A stretch of 64,000 nucleotides of DNA from an uncultured Gemmatimonadaceae bacterium (GCA_963843845.1 CAWJMB010000002.1:896001-960000); one strand, 5' to 3'. Shown: positions 37,259 through 48,155, counted from the stretch's first letter. Made by a program: numbers and translations. The notes: generated from the sequence alone by a model not told the origin.

Positions 37259-38478
37259 CGGCACCCGCCCTCAGCCACGCCGCCGCGCAGCCGTCGTCGC
37301 GCGCGGCGACGCGCGAAGTCCTGCTCGCGGGGCTCGTCGCGGCGCCCGACGGCGACGCCGCGGCGCCGCTCGCGCGCGCCGGCTACGTCGCGCCGCAGCG
37401 CGTGCCGACGCTCGAGGCGGCCGTCGCGCGACTCGGCCGCGAGCGCGCCGACCTCGTCATCGTGCCGCTCGACGCGCCGCCCGCGGCGCTCGAAGCCGTG
37501 GCGCGCGCCGCGCAGGCGGCCAGCGCCGGCGTGTTGGGCGTCTCGGCGCGGCTCGACGCGGGGCTGCTGCTGCGCGCGATGCGCGCCGGCGTGCAGGAAT
37601 GTCTCGCGCTCCCGTACGATCCCGACGAGCTGAGTGCGGCGCTCGACCGCATCGAGCGGCGCCAGACCGGCGGCGTGACGGCGGGGGTCGCGGTCGCGAT
37701 CTACAGCGCGAAGGGCGGGCTCGGCACGACGACGTTGGGCGTCAACCTGGCGCACGCGTTCGCGCGCAACAACCCGCGCGCCCGCGTCGCGCTCGCCGAC
37801 CTCGTCGTCAGCGGCGGCGATGTCGCCGTGCAGCTCGACCTCGCGGCGCCGTACGACATCGGGACGCTCGCCGGCAAGATCGCGTCGCTCGACGCGGAGC
37901 TGCTCCGTTCGGTGCTCGCCGAGCGAGGCGAGCGGACGTGGGTGCTCGCGGCGTCGGAGCGGCCGGAGGTCGCGGAGCTCGTCGACAGCGCGGCGGCCGG
38001 TGCGATGGTCGGGCAGCTCCGCAGCGACTACGACTTCACGGTGCTCGACTGCGAGCACCACGTGAACGACCGCTCGCTCGCCGCGCTCGACGCGGCCGAC
38101 AAGGTCGTGCTCGTGACGCAGCTCGGCCTCGCGCAGTTGCGCAGCGCGCAGCGGTCGCTCGCGCTGTTCGAGCGGCTCGGCTACCCGCGTGACCGTGTCG
38201 TCATCGTCGTCAATCGGTACCAGAGCGGCGATGTGCTGTCGCTCGCCGACGCCGAGGCGGCGCTCGGCTACCCGATCGCCTGCGCGCTGCCGAACGATTT
38301 CCGACTCTGCGCGTCGGCGCTGGCGAAGGGGCAGTCGGTCGTCGAGTTCGCGCCCGAGGCGGTGCTGACGCGCAGCTACCTCGATCTCGCGTCGCGCATC
38401 GGCGGAAGCGCGCCGCCGCCGCCCGCGTCGCCGTCGCGGTTCGGGAAGCTGAAGCTGTTCGGCCGCGGAGAGCGTTAG
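37255..38478 (+). CDS. cpaE: CpaE/TadZ receiver + MinD-like ATPase
   Basis: [26 protein letters not shown]. Confidence 0.88.
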   Translation: MTAPALSHAAAQPSSRAATREVLLAGLVAAPDGDAAAPLARAGYVAPQRVPTLEAAVARLGRERADLVIVPLDAPPAALEAVARAAQAASAGVLGVSARLDAGLLLRAMRAGVQECLALPYDPDELSAALDRIERRQTGGVTAGVAVAIYSAKGGLGTTTLGVNLAHAFARNNPRARVALADLVVSGGDVAVQLDLAAPYDIGTLAGKIASLDAELLRSVLAERGERTWVLAASERPEVAELVDSAAAGAMVGQLRSDYDFTVLDCEHHVNDRSLAALDAADKVVLVTQLGLAQLRSAQRSLALFERLGYPRDRVVIVVNRYQSGDVLSLADAEAALGYPIACALPNDFRLCASALAKGQSVVEFAPEAVLTRSYLDLASRIGGSAPPPPASPSRFGKLKLFGRGER

Positions 38479-38481
38479 GCC

Positions 38482-40002
38482 ATGGCGCACACCATCCGTG
38501 ACCGGATCGCGCGAGGGTACACCGCGCCGAACGCCCGCCCGCCCGAGCGGCCGGCCGACGCGCTCGACGTGCGGCACTCCTCCGAGCCTGCACCACCGGT
38601 GACCGCCGCGATCCCCGAGGCCGAGCCGTCGGCGACGCTCGAGCGACTGTCGCCGGCGCCGAACGCGCGCGCGACCGGCGTCGCGCCGGCGCGCGTCGAC
38701 GCGCTCGCGAACGACGCGCGCCGCAGCGCGGCCGAGCTGCCGGCGGCGGTCGAGCAGCTGAAGGCGGACCTGCACCGCCGCCTCATCGAGCGGCTGGACC
38801 TCACCGCGCTCGAGCGGATCACCGACGAGGCGATGCTCGCCGACCGCATCCGGCGCGCGGTCGCCGACTTCCTGCGGGCGGAGAACACGCCGATGTCGCA
38901 GGTCGAGCGCGAGCAGCTCGTCGACCAGATCGTGCACGAGATCGTCGGGCTCGGGCCGATCGAGCCGCTGTTCATGGACCCGACGATCAGCGACATCCTC
39001 GTGAACGGGGCGAACGACATCTGGATCGAGAGCGGCGGCAAGCTGAAGCGGATGGCGACGCGCTTCCGAGACGACGCGCACCTCATGGCGGTGATCGACC
39101 GCATCGTGAGCCGCGTCGGCCGCCGCGTCGACGAGTCGAGCCCGATGGTCGACGCGCGGCTTCCCGACGGCTCGCGCGTGAACGCCGTCATCCCGCCGCT
39201 CGCCATCGACGGGCCGGTGCTGTCGATCCGCCGCTTCGGCAAGTCGATCACGGCCGAGCAGCTCGTCGCCTTCGGCGCGCTGACCGAGCCGATCCTCTTC
39301 GTGCTCGCGGCGTGTGTGAAGGCGCGCCTCAACGTCGTCGTCTCCGGCGGTACCGGCTCGGGGAAGACGACACTGCTCAACGCGCTCTCGTCGTTCATCC
39401 CGACCGACGAGCGCATCGTGACGATCGAGGACGCGGCCGAGCTGCGGCTGCAGCAGGCGCACGTCGTGCGCCTCGAGACGCGTCCGCCGAACAGCGAGGG
39501 GCGCGGCGAGGTGCAGGCGCGCGACCTCGTGAAGAACGCGCTGCGGATGCGCCCCGACCGCATCATCGTCGGCGAGACGCGCGCCGGCGAGGCGCTCGAC
39601 ATGCTCCAGGCGATGAACACGGGGCACGAGGGGTCGATGACGACGGTGCACGCGAACACGCCGCGCGACGCGATCGCGCGCATGGAGACGATGGTGCTGT
39701 TCTCCGGCACCGCGCTCCCGACGCGCGCCGTGCGCGAGCAGATCGCCGCGGCGGTGCAGGTCGTCGTGCAGGTGTCGCGTCAGGCGGACGGCTCGCGCCG
39801 CGTCATGAGCGTCACCGAGATCACCGGCATGGAGGGCGAGATCATCGCCGCGCAGGAGATCTTCCGCTACCGGCGGCTCGGCATGAGTCCGGAAGGCAAG
39901 GTGTTGGGCAAGTTCGAGGCGACGGGTGTGCGCCCCGCCTTCGCCGAGCGCGTGCGCATCGCCGGCGTCGAGCTGCCGCCGCACCTGTTCGAGCTGCGCT
40001 GA
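38482..40002 (+). CDS. cpaF: Tad ATPase CpaF/TadA
   Basis: [38 protein letters not shown]. Confidence 0.95.
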   Translation: MAHTIRDRIARGYTAPNARPPERPADALDVRHSSEPAPPVTAAIPEAEPSATLERLSPAPNARATGVAPARVDALANDARRSAAELPAAVEQLKADLHRRLIERLDLTALERITDEAMLADRIRRAVADFLRAENTPMSQVEREQLVDQIVHEIVGLGPIEPLFMDPTISDILVNGANDIWIESGGKLKRMATRFRDDAHLMAVIDRIVSRVGRRVDESSPMVDARLPDGSRVNAVIPPLAIDGPVLSIRRFGKSITAEQLVAFGALTEPILFVLAACVKARLNVVVSGGTGSGKTTLLNALSSFIPTDERIVTIEDAAELRLQQAHVVRLETRPPNSEGRGEVQARDLVKNALRMRPDRIIVGETRAGEALDMLQAMNTGHEGSMTTVHANTPRDAIARMETMVLFSGTALPTRAVREQIAAAVQVVVQVSRQADGSRRVMSVTEITGMEGEIIAAQEIFRYRRLGMSPEGKVLGKFEATGVRPAFAERVRIAGVELPPHLFELR

Positions 40003-40014
40003 GGTGCGTGCCCG

Positions 40015-40983
40015 ATGCTGACGCTGCTCCTCGCGTTCGTCTTCATCGCCACGGCCGGCGCGTGCATCGGTGGCGTGCTGTTCGTCGACCGGCGTCGCCT
40101 CGCCGCCGCCGACGCGATCCGCGAGCGGCTGGCGATGCCGATCGCGCGCGACGTGCTCGACGGCGATGCCGTGCGCCTCGTGCGCGGCGTCGACCGGCAC
40201 AGCGGCTTCGCCTTCCTCGACCGCTGGCTGACGGACCGGTCGCTCAGCACGCGGATCGGCGATGTGCTGCGCCGCGCCGGCCTCACGTTCTCGGTCGGCG
40301 AGTTTCTGCTCGCGAGTGCGGCCGCCGGCGCGGCGGCGCTCGCCGTCGGCACGGTCTACCTCGGGCCGCTCGTCGGCCTCGCGGCGGCGCCGATCGGCGC
40401 GATGCTGCCGCGCGTCGTCGTGTGGCAGCGCACCCGGGCGCGTGTCGCCAGGCTCGAGGCACAGCTCCCCGAGGCGCTCGACGCGATCGTGAACTCGCTC
40501 AAGGCGGGGCACTCGTTCCCCGCGGCGCTCGAGTACTCGGCCGGCGAGGTCCCGGCGCCGTTAGGCCCGGAGCTGGCGCGCGTGCGCGACGAGCAACGCC
40601 TCGGCGTCGAGTCGCGCACGGCGCTCGAGGCGCTCGCGGCACGCGTGGAGACCTCGGACATGCGGATGTTCGTGACCGCGGTGCTCATTCAGCGCGAGAC
40701 CGGGGGCAACCTCGCCGAGCTGCTGCAGGGCCTCGCCACCCTCGTGCGCGAGCGTGCCGCATTCCGCGGCCGCGTCGCCGCCCTCACCGCCGAGCCGCGC
40801 ATCAGCGCGATCGTGCTCGCGCTGCTGCCGGTCGTGCTGCTCGTGCTGCTCTCGGTGCTGAACCCCGACTACATCCGCCCGATGTACACGACGACGTTCG
40901 GCCACATGCTGCTGGGTGCGGCGGGAGTGCTGTCGGTCATCGGCTACTTCGTGATGCGCAGCCTCGGCGACGTGGAGTTCTAG
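40015..40983 (+). CDS. tadB: TadB inner-membrane platform protein
   Basis: QLPEALD, LKAGHS, IQRETGGNLAE. Confidence 0.9.
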   Translation: MLTLLLAFVFIATAGACIGGVLFVDRRRLAAADAIRERLAMPIARDVLDGDAVRLVRGVDRHSGFAFLDRWLTDRSLSTRIGDVLRRAGLTFSVGEFLLASAAAGAAALAVGTVYLGPLVGLAAAPIGAMLPRVVVWQRTRARVARLEAQLPEALDAIVNSLKAGHSFPAALEYSAGEVPAPLGPELARVRDEQRLGVESRTALEALAARVETSDMRMFVTAVLIQRETGGNLAELLQGLATLVRERAAFRGRVAALTAEPRISAIVLALLPVVLLVLLSVLNPDYIRPMYTTTFGHMLLGAAGVLSVIGYFVMRSLGDVEF

Positions 40984-40984
40984 C

Positions 40985-41971
40985 ATGCCGCTCTCGCAAT
41001 CCCTCGGCGCCACGCCCGCTGTCGCCCCCGGGGTCGCTCCCGTGCTCCCGACGGGAACGATCGTCGTGCTCATCGCCGTCATCACGCTCGCCGCCGGCGC
41101 CGCCGCCGCCGCCGCGATCGCCGAGCGGAATCGGCGCGAGGTGCTCGCGCGGCTCAGCGGTCACGCGCGACACGGCGGGCCGGTTCGCGCGCTCGACGAG
41201 CAGGGAGCCGACCTGCTGTTGGGCGACGCGACGGACGCACAGACGCGCATCGCGGCGGCGCTCGCGCCCTGGGTCCCGCCGATGTTGCTGAGCGACGCGT
41301 CGGCGTTGCGTCTCGCGCGCGCCGGCTATCACGACGGCGGCGCGGCGGTGCTGTTCGCCGTCGCGCGCGTGCTCGCGCCGGTCTTCACCGTGCTGCTCGT
41401 GACCGCGGCGTTCGGCGACTCGCTCTCGTCCACGATCCTGCTCGTCGCGGGGGTCGCCGGCGTCGTGGCGCCGACGGCGATCGTCGACCGGAAGGCGGGC
41501 GCGCGGCAGGCGCGGCTCGCGAGCGCACTGCCCGACGCGCTCGACCTCATGGTCGTCTGTCTCGAGGCCGGCGTCGGCATCGACGCCGCGCTCGTGCGCG
41601 TGGCGCGCGAGATCGAGCAGGCGCATCCGGTGCTGTCGACCGAGCTGACGAACGCGAGTCGCCGCATCGCCGCGGGGCTGCCGCGGACGGAGGCGCTGAA
41701 CGGGCTCGTCGTGCGCACCGGGCTCGACGAAGTGCGCGCGATCGTCTCGACCATTCTCCAGGCCGAACGGTTAGGCACCTCGCTCGCGCGGGTACTGCGG
41801 ATGCACAGCGAGGCGCTCCGCCAGCGGCGTCGTCAGCTCGCCGAGAAGCGGGCGGCCGAGTCGTCCGTGAAGATGATGTTCCCGCTCGTCGCGCTGCTCC
41901 TCCCGGCATTCTTCATCGTCGTGCTCGGCCCCGCGGCGCTCACGATGATGCAGCAGTTCGGGTCGCAGTGA
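40985..41971 (+). CDS. tadC: TadC inner-membrane platform protein
   Basis: LPDALDLMVVCLEAG, QAERLGTS, VKMMFPL. Confidence 0.9.
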   Translation: MPLSQSLGATPAVAPGVAPVLPTGTIVVLIAVITLAAGAAAAAAIAERNRREVLARLSGHARHGGPVRALDEQGADLLLGDATDAQTRIAAALAPWVPPMLLSDASALRLARAGYHDGGAAVLFAVARVLAPVFTVLLVTAAFGDSLSSTILLVAGVAGVVAPTAIVDRKAGARQARLASALPDALDLMVVCLEAGVGIDAALVRVAREIEQAHPVLSTELTNASRRIAAGLPRTEALNGLVVRTGLDEVRAIVSTILQAERLGTSLARVLRMHSEALRQRRRQLAEKRAAESSVKMMFPLVALLLPAFFIVVLGPAALTMMQQFGSQ

Positions 41972-43206
41972 GCGCGCGCGGCGGCGGCGCGGGGCTGCGG
42001 CGCGGCGCGGTGATGCCGCTCATGCTGGTGATGATCGTCGCGCTCGTCGGCGCGGCGGCGCTCGCGATCGATGTCGCGCGCATGACGTGGACGGCGGCGG
42101 AGCTGCAGGCGGCGGCGGACGCGTCGGCGCTCGCGGCGGCGCGCGCCATCCAGACGTCGACGGCCGCGTCGCAGACGGCGACCGCGGCGAAGAACGGAGC
42201 GGCGTCGCTCGCGGCGCTCAACCGTGCGGGGAACGCGCCGGCCGTCGCGCTGCCGGCCGACGTGCTGCCGCTCCGCTACGACACCGCGGCGTCGCCGCGC
42301 ACGTCGTCGACGACGTGGGAGAGCACGACGCTCAACGCGGTGCAGGTCACGACGCGGGCGACGGCGACGCGGACGTTAGGCGGGATCTTCGACGGGGCGG
42401 CGCCCGTGCTGTCGCGCAAGTCGACCGCGTGGGTGGCGAGCGTCGTCGGCGCGAGCTGCGTCCGGCCGATCTCGCTGCCGTACTCGGACTTCTACAACAT
42501 CGTGTTCTTCGACACCTGGAACACGACGAACTGGGGCTCGGCGAACCTGACGCAGCCGATGCTCGCAGGGCTGCGCGACGTCGGGGCGAGCTGGCGGTCG
42601 CTCGTGCTGCCCGGGTACCCCAAGGTGCCGTCGAACTCGAGAATGAAGTTCGACACGTGGTGGCGGCCGCTCGACTACAACGGCGCGAACTCGATGACCG
42701 ACTTCGGCGATTGGATGCTCGGCCAGGACTGCGCCGACGCGGTCGCGAAGGTCGGCACCTACGTCCGCCCGCTCGACCGCTCGGTCGACACGTGGATCCC
42801 GGCGACGAACACGGCGATGGGGACCGCGTGCAACCTCCGCGGCGGCGGCGACGCGCACTGCTATGTGTCGAGCGGCAGCTCCGCGATCGGCGTCCGCATG
42901 CGCGCCGCGCTCACCGACGACGACTACAGCAGGCCGTACGGGTCGCAGGGCAGTCCGTGGCAGCTCACGCGCGGCGTCACGGTCGTGCGCATGATGTGCT
43001 ACTTCCGGTCGTCGAGCGACGTCTGCTCCGCGGTGTCGAACTTCGACGCCAGCGGGACGTGGTACCCGCCCTACAGTCAGACGACCGGCTATCCGGCGGG
43101 AACGATGATCGTGCTGCTCGACGGGCCGGCCGGGGTCGACATCACGCGAGACATGACGCTCGGAACGACCGTCGGGTTTGCGCAACGCATTCTCGTCGCG
43201 CAGTGA
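41968..43206 (+). CDS. tadG: TadG-like pilus-associated protein
   Basis: RRGAV, LAIDVAR, LQAAADASALAAA. Confidence 0.8.
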   Translation: MSARGGGAGLRRGAVMPLMLVMIVALVGAAALAIDVARMTWTAAELQAAADASALAAARAIQTSTAASQTATAAKNGAASLAALNRAGNAPAVALPADVLPLRYDTAASPRTSSTTWESTTLNAVQVTTRATATRTLGGIFDGAAPVLSRKSTAWVASVVGASCVRPISLPYSDFYNIVFFDTWNTTNWGSANLTQPMLAGLRDVGASWRSLVLPGYPKVPSNSRMKFDTWWRPLDYNGANSMTDFGDWMLGQDCADAVAKVGTYVRPLDRSVDTWIPATNTAMGTACNLRGGGDAHCYVSSGSSAIGVRMRAALTDDDYSRPYGSQGSPWQLTRGVTVVRMMCYFRSSSDVCSAVSNFDASGTWYPPYSQTTGYPAGTMIVLLDGPAGVDITRDMTLGTTVGFAQRILVAQ

Positions 43207-43245
43207 TCCTCGGCCGGGGGGGCGCTGCCTCCCCGCCGCCGGACG

Positions 43246-44613
43246 TCAGGCAGGCTGCCGAATCCACCGCAGAATCTCCGGAATCGTCGGCCGCTTCCCG
43301 TACATCAGCAGCCCGATCCGATAGATCCTCGCCGCGACCCAGATCGCGCCGACCGCCGTCAGCGCGACCCCGAGCACCGTGAGCCCCGCCTCGAGTGCCG
43401 AGACGCTCGTGAGCCCCATGCGCAGCGGCATGAGGATGGGCGCGGTGAGCGGGAACCACGACATCGCCTTCGCCAGCGTCGTGTCCGGGTTCGTCATCAC
43501 CACCTGAATCAGCACCGCGCTCGCGATGAGCGGCAGCATCACCGGGAACGCCGCCGACTGCGCCTCCTGCTCGCTGTTCACCGTCGCCCCGACCGCCGCG
43601 AACAGCGCCGAGTAGAGCAGGTAGCCGAGGATGAAGAACAACACGTAGGCCGCGCCCGCCGCGAACGTGAGGTGCGGCATCGCCATCCCTGCCATCGCCG
43701 AGTCGGCTGCCTGTGCCGCCTGCGCGTTCTGCGGCGACATCATCCCCGGCGTGCGCCCCATGATGATCGGCACCAGGTAGCCGCCGAGTCCGATCGAGCT
43801 CGCGATCCACACCGCGACCTGCACGAGCGCGACGCCGCCGACGCCGAGGATCTTGCCGGCCATGAGAATCTCCGGCCGGACGCTCGACACCACGACCTCG
43901 GCGACGCGCGACGTCTTCTCCTCCATCACGCCGCGCAGCACGTTCTGCCCGTAGAGAATGAGCAGGATGTAGAGCATGAACGCGAGGATGAGCCCGAAGA
44001 TCAGGCTCCCCGACCCCGAGCCGCCGCGGCCCTGGTCGGTGATGCGCTCGGTCGGCATCTGCAGGCGGGATCCGGTGAGCTCCGCCGCCCGCTCGGGGGT
44101 GAGGCCCCCCTCGCGCTCGAGCCGCAGGATCGTGAGCTGACGCCGAACGGCATCGCGGAGGCGGCCGTTGTCGGCGATGCTCGATGCGTTGCGGCCGGCG
44201 TACCGCGCACGCTGTCCGGCGAGCGTCGCCGAGTCGACCACGAGGTAGCCGCGTCGCTCTCTGCGCACGACCTCGGCCGTCGCCAGGCTCTCGGCGAACG
44301 CGACGCGGCTCGGCGCGACGCGGCGCACCTCGGCGAGTGTCGACGCACCCGCGGGCGCTCCCGGCGTCGAGTCCCGGAGCGCCGCGGCGATCCGCTCGCC
44401 GAGTCCCGCGCCGGTCGCATCGATGATGACGATGTTCGCGACGTCGGTGTTCGCGCGGCCGCGAACGGCCATCATCGCCGGCACGATCGTGATCGCGGCG
44501 AAGAACACGGGGCCGATCAGCGTGCCGATGATGAACCACTTCGTGCGCACGCGCTCGAGATACTCGCGCTTGACGATCGCCGAGAGCTTCGGGAACCAGG
44601 GCGACTCAGCCAT
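43246..44613 (-). CDS. ABC-2 type exporter permease (NatB/YhaP-like)
   Basis: REYLERVRTK, VMEEKTSRVAEV, GKILG, YSALFAAVGA. Confidence 0.88.
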   Translation of the reverse strand: MAESPWFPKLSAIVKREYLERVRTKWFIIGTLIGPVFFAAITIVPAMMAVRGRANTDVANIVIIDATGAGLGERIAAALRDSTPGAPAGASTLAEVRRVAPSRVAFAESLATAEVVRRERRGYLVVDSATLAGQRARYAGRNASSIADNGRLRDAVRRQLTILRLEREGGLTPERAAELTGSRLQMPTERITDQGRGGSGSGSLIFGLILAFMLYILLILYGQNVLRGVMEEKTSRVAEVVVSSVRPEILMAGKILGVGGVALVQVAVWIASSIGLGGYLVPIIMGRTPGMMSPQNAQAAQAADSAMAGMAMPHLTFAAGAAYVLFFILGYLLYSALFAAVGATVNSEQEAQSAAFPVMLPLIASAVLIQVVMTNPDTTLAKAMSWFPLTAPILMPLRMGLTSVSALEAGLTVLGVALTAVGAIWVAARIYRIGLLMYGKRPTIPEILRWIRQPA

Positions 44614-45583
44614 GACCGCTCATCCCCTCCTCGACGCCGGTGGCGCCGACTTTCTCTAGGAAGATCTGGTGCAGCGACGGCTGCACGAGCTCGAAGCGCG
44701 TGACGATCGCGCCGGCGCTCATGAGACGCTGCAGCAGCGCCTGTGCGCTCGCGCCGTCGGCGAGCTCGATCTCGAAGAACCGGTTCTGGTCGTCGGCGCG
44801 CCGCACGAGCGTCGCGTCGGCCAGCACCCGGTCGACGTCCGCATTCGCGCCGTTCATCGCGAGCCGGTCGATGCCTAACGCGACGTGGCGGCCACCGTGC
44901 GCCGTCTTCACCTCGGCCACGCCGCCGTCGAGCACCTTCTCGCCGCGCGCGATGATGCACACCGAGTCGCACAGCCGCTCGGCGTTGTCCATCAGGTGCG
45001 TCCTGAAGATCACCGTCTTGCCGCGCTGCCGGAGATCGACGACCGTGTCCTTGAGCGCCTGCGCGTTGATCGGGTCGAGGCCGCTGAACGGCTCGTCGAG
45101 GATCACGAGGTCGGGGTCGTGCAGCAGCGTGCCGATGAACTGCACCTTCTGCTGCATGCCGCGCGACAGCTCGTCGACCTTCGACTCGCCCCAGTCCTTC
45201 TCGGGCGTCTTGAGCGACAGCCGCTCCAGCCACTCGTCGATGCGCGCGTCGGCATCCTTCGCGCGCATCCCCTTCAGCTCGGCGAGGAACCGCAGCACGC
45301 GCCGCACCTGCATCTTCTTGTACAGGCCGCGCTCTTCGGGCAGGTAGCCGATGCGGTCGAGGATCCCCGGCTCGGAACTCGGTCGGCCGAACAGCTGAAT
45401 CGACCCCTCGTCGGGAGCGATGATGTTGAGCATCATGCGGATGGTCGTCGTCTTGCCGGCGCCGTTCGGGCCGAGCAGGCCGTAGACGGTGCCGCGCGGC
45501 ACCGTCAGCGACAGGTCGCGAACCGCCATGTGCTCGGCGTAGCGTTTGACGACGTGTCGGACGTCGATCGCAGTGTCGGTCAT
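44606..45583 (-). CDS. ABC exporter ATP-binding protein (YhaQ-like)
   Basis: GPNGAGKTT, YLPEERGLY, LSRGMQQK, LDEPFSGLD. Confidence 0.92.
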   Translation of the reverse strand: MTDTAIDVRHVVKRYAEHMAVRDLSLTVPRGTVYGLLGPNGAGKTTTIRMMLNIIAPDEGSIQLFGRPSSEPGILDRIGYLPEERGLYKKMQVRRVLRFLAELKGMRAKDADARIDEWLERLSLKTPEKDWGESKVDELSRGMQQKVQFIGTLLHDPDLVILDEPFSGLDPINAQALKDTVVDLRQRGKTVIFRTHLMDNAERLCDSVCIIARGEKVLDGGVAEVKTAHGGRHVALGIDRLAMNGANADVDRVLADATLVRRADDQNRFFEIELADGASAQALLQRLMSAGAIVTRFELVQPSLHQIFLEKVGATGVEEGMSGHG

Positions 45584-45614
45584 GGTTGGAAACGAGGAGA
45601 GATCCCGCGAGGGG

Positions 45615-46451
45615 ATGGCGAACGAACGATACCCATACGAGTCGGCGGCGCGCACGGTGACAGCGCGAGGCGGCGTGGCCGCGAGGAACGTGGCCGCGGT
45701 CGTCGGGGCGCTCCTCGCGAGCCTGCTGCTGCTCTTCCTCGCCGGTCCGCTCTTCGGCATCGTGGCGCGCGGTGGCGTCGCCGGCCTGCGGCTCCTCGTC
45801 GACGACCGCGAGCTGCGCGGCGCACTCGCGCTCACCGCCGTCGCGGCGACGACGACGACGGCACTCGCGGCGCTGCTCGGAACGCCGCTCGCGTGGTGGC
45901 TCGCGCGCCGCACCTTCCGCGGTCGCGCCGTCGTCGACGCGCTGCTCGACCTTCCGATCCTGCTGCCGCATCCGGTCGCCGGCATCGCGCTCCTGCTCGT
46001 GCTCGGCCGCGGCACCCCGCTCGGCGCGCGGCTGCTCGACCTCGGTGTGCGCGTCGTGGGGACGCCGGCCGGCACGGTGTGCGCGATGCTGTTCGTCGCC
46101 GCGCCGCTCTACGTCAGCGCGGCGCGAGAAGCGTTCGCGCGCGTCGACCCGAGCTACGAGCTCGTCGCGCGCACGTTGGGCGCGAACGCGTGGACGGCGT
46201 TCCGGCGCGTCTCGCTCCCCCTCGCGCGGCGCGGGTTGATTGCGGGAGCGGCCGTGACGTGGACGCGCGCGGTGAGCGAGTTCGGGGCGGTCATCGTGCT
46301 CGCGTACAACCCGAAGGTCGTGAGCGTGTTGAGCTACGAGCGGCTCACGGGGTACGGGCTGAGCGAGGCGCTGCCGGTCGCGGCGGCGCTGCTGCTCGTG
46401 AGCCTGGTGCCGCTGACGGCGCTGCGCGTACTGCGCGGCCCGCGCCCCTGA
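45615..46451 (+). CDS. ModB/WtpB/CysT-like ABC permease
   Basis: DLPILLPHPVAGIALL, ARTLGA, RAVSEFGAV. Confidence 0.85.
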   Translation: MANERYPYESAARTVTARGGVAARNVAAVVGALLASLLLLFLAGPLFGIVARGGVAGLRLLVDDRELRGALALTAVAATTTTALAALLGTPLAWWLARRTFRGRAVVDALLDLPILLPHPVAGIALLLVLGRGTPLGARLLDLGVRVVGTPAGTVCAMLFVAAPLYVSAAREAFARVDPSYELVARTLGANAWTAFRRVSLPLARRGLIAGAAVTWTRAVSEFGAVIVLAYNPKVVSVLSYERLTGYGLSEALPVAAALLLVSLVPLTALRVLRGPRP

Positions 46452-46464
46452 CTCCCCCTCACGC

Positions 46465-46938
46465 GTGGCGTCGCTCCTCGCCGTCGACCTCGGCGTCCGT
46501 ACCGGGCTCGCGGCCTACGGTGACGACGGCGCGCTCCGCTGGTACCGCTCGCAGAACTTCGGCTCCGCGCAGCGCCTGAAGCGCGCGATCCCCGCGCTGC
46601 TCGACGCCGAGCCCGACCTCACGCGCCTCGTGCTCGAGGGAGGTGGCCCGCTCGAACGACTGTGGCGAGTCGAGGGCGAGGCGCGTGGACTCGTCGTCCA
46701 GCAGGTGAGCGCGGAAGCATGGCGCGCCGTCTTCCTGCTGCCGCGCGAGCAGCGCAGCGGGGCACAGGCGAAGCGTACGGCGGGCGCGCTCGCTCGCGCC
46801 GTCATCGAGTGGTCGGGGGCGCGCCGCCCGACGTCGCTGCGCCACGACGCCGCCGAGGCGATCCTCGTCGGCCTGTGGGGCACGCTGAGCGCCGGCTGGC
46901 TCCGCGCGCTCCCGCCGAGCATCCTTCGCGCAGGATGA
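46465..46938 (+). CDS. Small RNase-H-fold (RuvC-like) protein
   Basis: LLAVDLGVRTGLA, LVLE, HDAAEAILVG. Confidence 0.6.
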   Translation: MASLLAVDLGVRTGLAAYGDDGALRWYRSQNFGSAQRLKRAIPALLDAEPDLTRLVLEGGGPLERLWRVEGEARGLVVQQVSAEAWRAVFLLPREQRSGAQAKRTAGALARAVIEWSGARRPTSLRHDAAEAILVGLWGTLSAGWLRALPPSILRAG

Positions 46939-47444
46939 GTCAGCAGAGCCCTCGGAAGAGCAGTGAGCCGCGCCATCGCGGGGCGGTGCCGAACGACGAG
47001 CGCCGCCCGTTCGGCCGGCTGTGGCCGTGGGGTGCGGTCGCGAGCGCGGCCGTCGTCGGGGTCGCGTTGGGCCTCTGGGGCGTGCTCCGCAGCCCCGGCC
47101 GCGATGCCCCGCCGCCAGCGGACGAGCTCTCCACGTGGTGGCGCGTCGCGCAGGTCGCGGCGGTCATGAGCGTCATGCTGTTCCTCGGCCTGCTCGCGTG
47201 GCGCCGCCATGGGCCGCCTCCGGGAAGTGGCCGGCCGCCGCTCGAGAACGGACTCGTCGCGTTCGGCGTGCCGTTCGGCGCGGTGATGGGCATCCGCCAG
47301 GCGCTGCTCCACGTCGGCGGCTTCTCGCTCGGCGCGCTCGGACGCGAGGGGTTCTGGTGGGGGCTCGCCTCGGGGCTCACGATCAGCGTCCCGATCGCGT
47401 TGTGGGCGGGGGCCGTGTTCGGACGATTCCTGAAGCGGCGTTAG
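46935..47444 (+). CDS. Hypothetical membrane protein
   Basis: 4 hydrophobic segments; ATGA overlap with upstream gene. Confidence 0.6.
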   Translation: MSQQSPRKSSEPRHRGAVPNDERRPFGRLWPWGAVASAAVVGVALGLWGVLRSPGRDAPPPADELSTWWRVAQVAAVMSVMLFLGLLAWRRHGPPPGSGRPPLENGLVAFGVPFGAVMGIRQALLHVGGFSLGALGREGFWWGLASGLTISVPIALWAGAVFGRFLKRR

Positions 47445-47474
47445 GCACGACCGCGACGGCAGGGTCGCGGCGAC

Positions 47475-48155
47475 TCAGGGTTCGACGCGCGCGATCGGCC
47501 GGCCCAGCTTCCGCTCGAGGCGCGCGACGAGACGGTCGCCCGCGTAGCGCACGACGAGGCCCAACACGCCGAAGCGTCCGATCCTGCCGAACGCGAGCGC
47601 CGCGAGGTACGGCGCGAAGGGCACGCCGAACGTCCCCGCGCCCATGCAGACGAACTTCGTCGACAGCGGCGACACGGTGCTGAGCAGCACGAGCGCGGCG
47701 CCGTGTCGTCGAAACAGTCCGGCGAGCGACGCCCACCGTGCGTCGCTCACGCCGAACAGCCCGAGCAGCGGACGCCCGACCCCCTCGAACGCGTAGCGCC
47801 CGATGCCGAACGCGATGAGCCCACCGGCGATCGCGCCGACCGCGGCCCACGCGGCGAGTCGCAGCGCGCGACGCGGATCGGCGAGGCCCAGCGGCAGGAA
47901 GAGCGCCTCGCTCGGCCCCGGCACGACCGATCCCTGCAAGCAGCCCCACGTGCACACTGCTCCCCCCGCCGACCCCGACTCGGCCCACCGGTGCAGGCGC
48001 GCGATCAGGCCGAAGAGCGCGCGCCGAACACGGCCGCCGGCGCGCGCATCGCGATGGTCGCGCTGCGGCGCAGTGCTCGAAGGCGCTGTGCCCCCGAGCG
48101 CAGTGCCCCGAGGCGCGGCGCCGTCAGGCGGCGTCACGAGCGAGCGTCTGTCCAC
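47475..48155 (-). CDS. YqaA/DedA (VTT) family membrane protein
   Basis: SVVPGPSE, GGLIAFGIGR, SPLSTKF, GRIGRF. Confidence 0.78.
   Translation of the reverse strand: MDRRSLVTPPDGAAPRGTALGGTAPSSTAPQRDHRDARAGGRVRRALFGLIARLHRWAESGSAGGAVCTWGCLQGSVVPGPSEALFLPLGLADPRRALRLAAWAAVGAIAGGLIAFGIGRYAFEGVGRPLLGLFGVSDARWASLAGLFRRHGAALVLLSTVSPLSTKFVCMGAGTFGVPFAPYLAALAFGRIGRFGVLGLVVRYAGDRLVARLERKLGRPIARVEP

Noticed and set aside
46465..46938. TnpB/Cas12 or transposase
   Set aside because: Only 157 aa, no zinc finger, no element ends or associated RNA evident.
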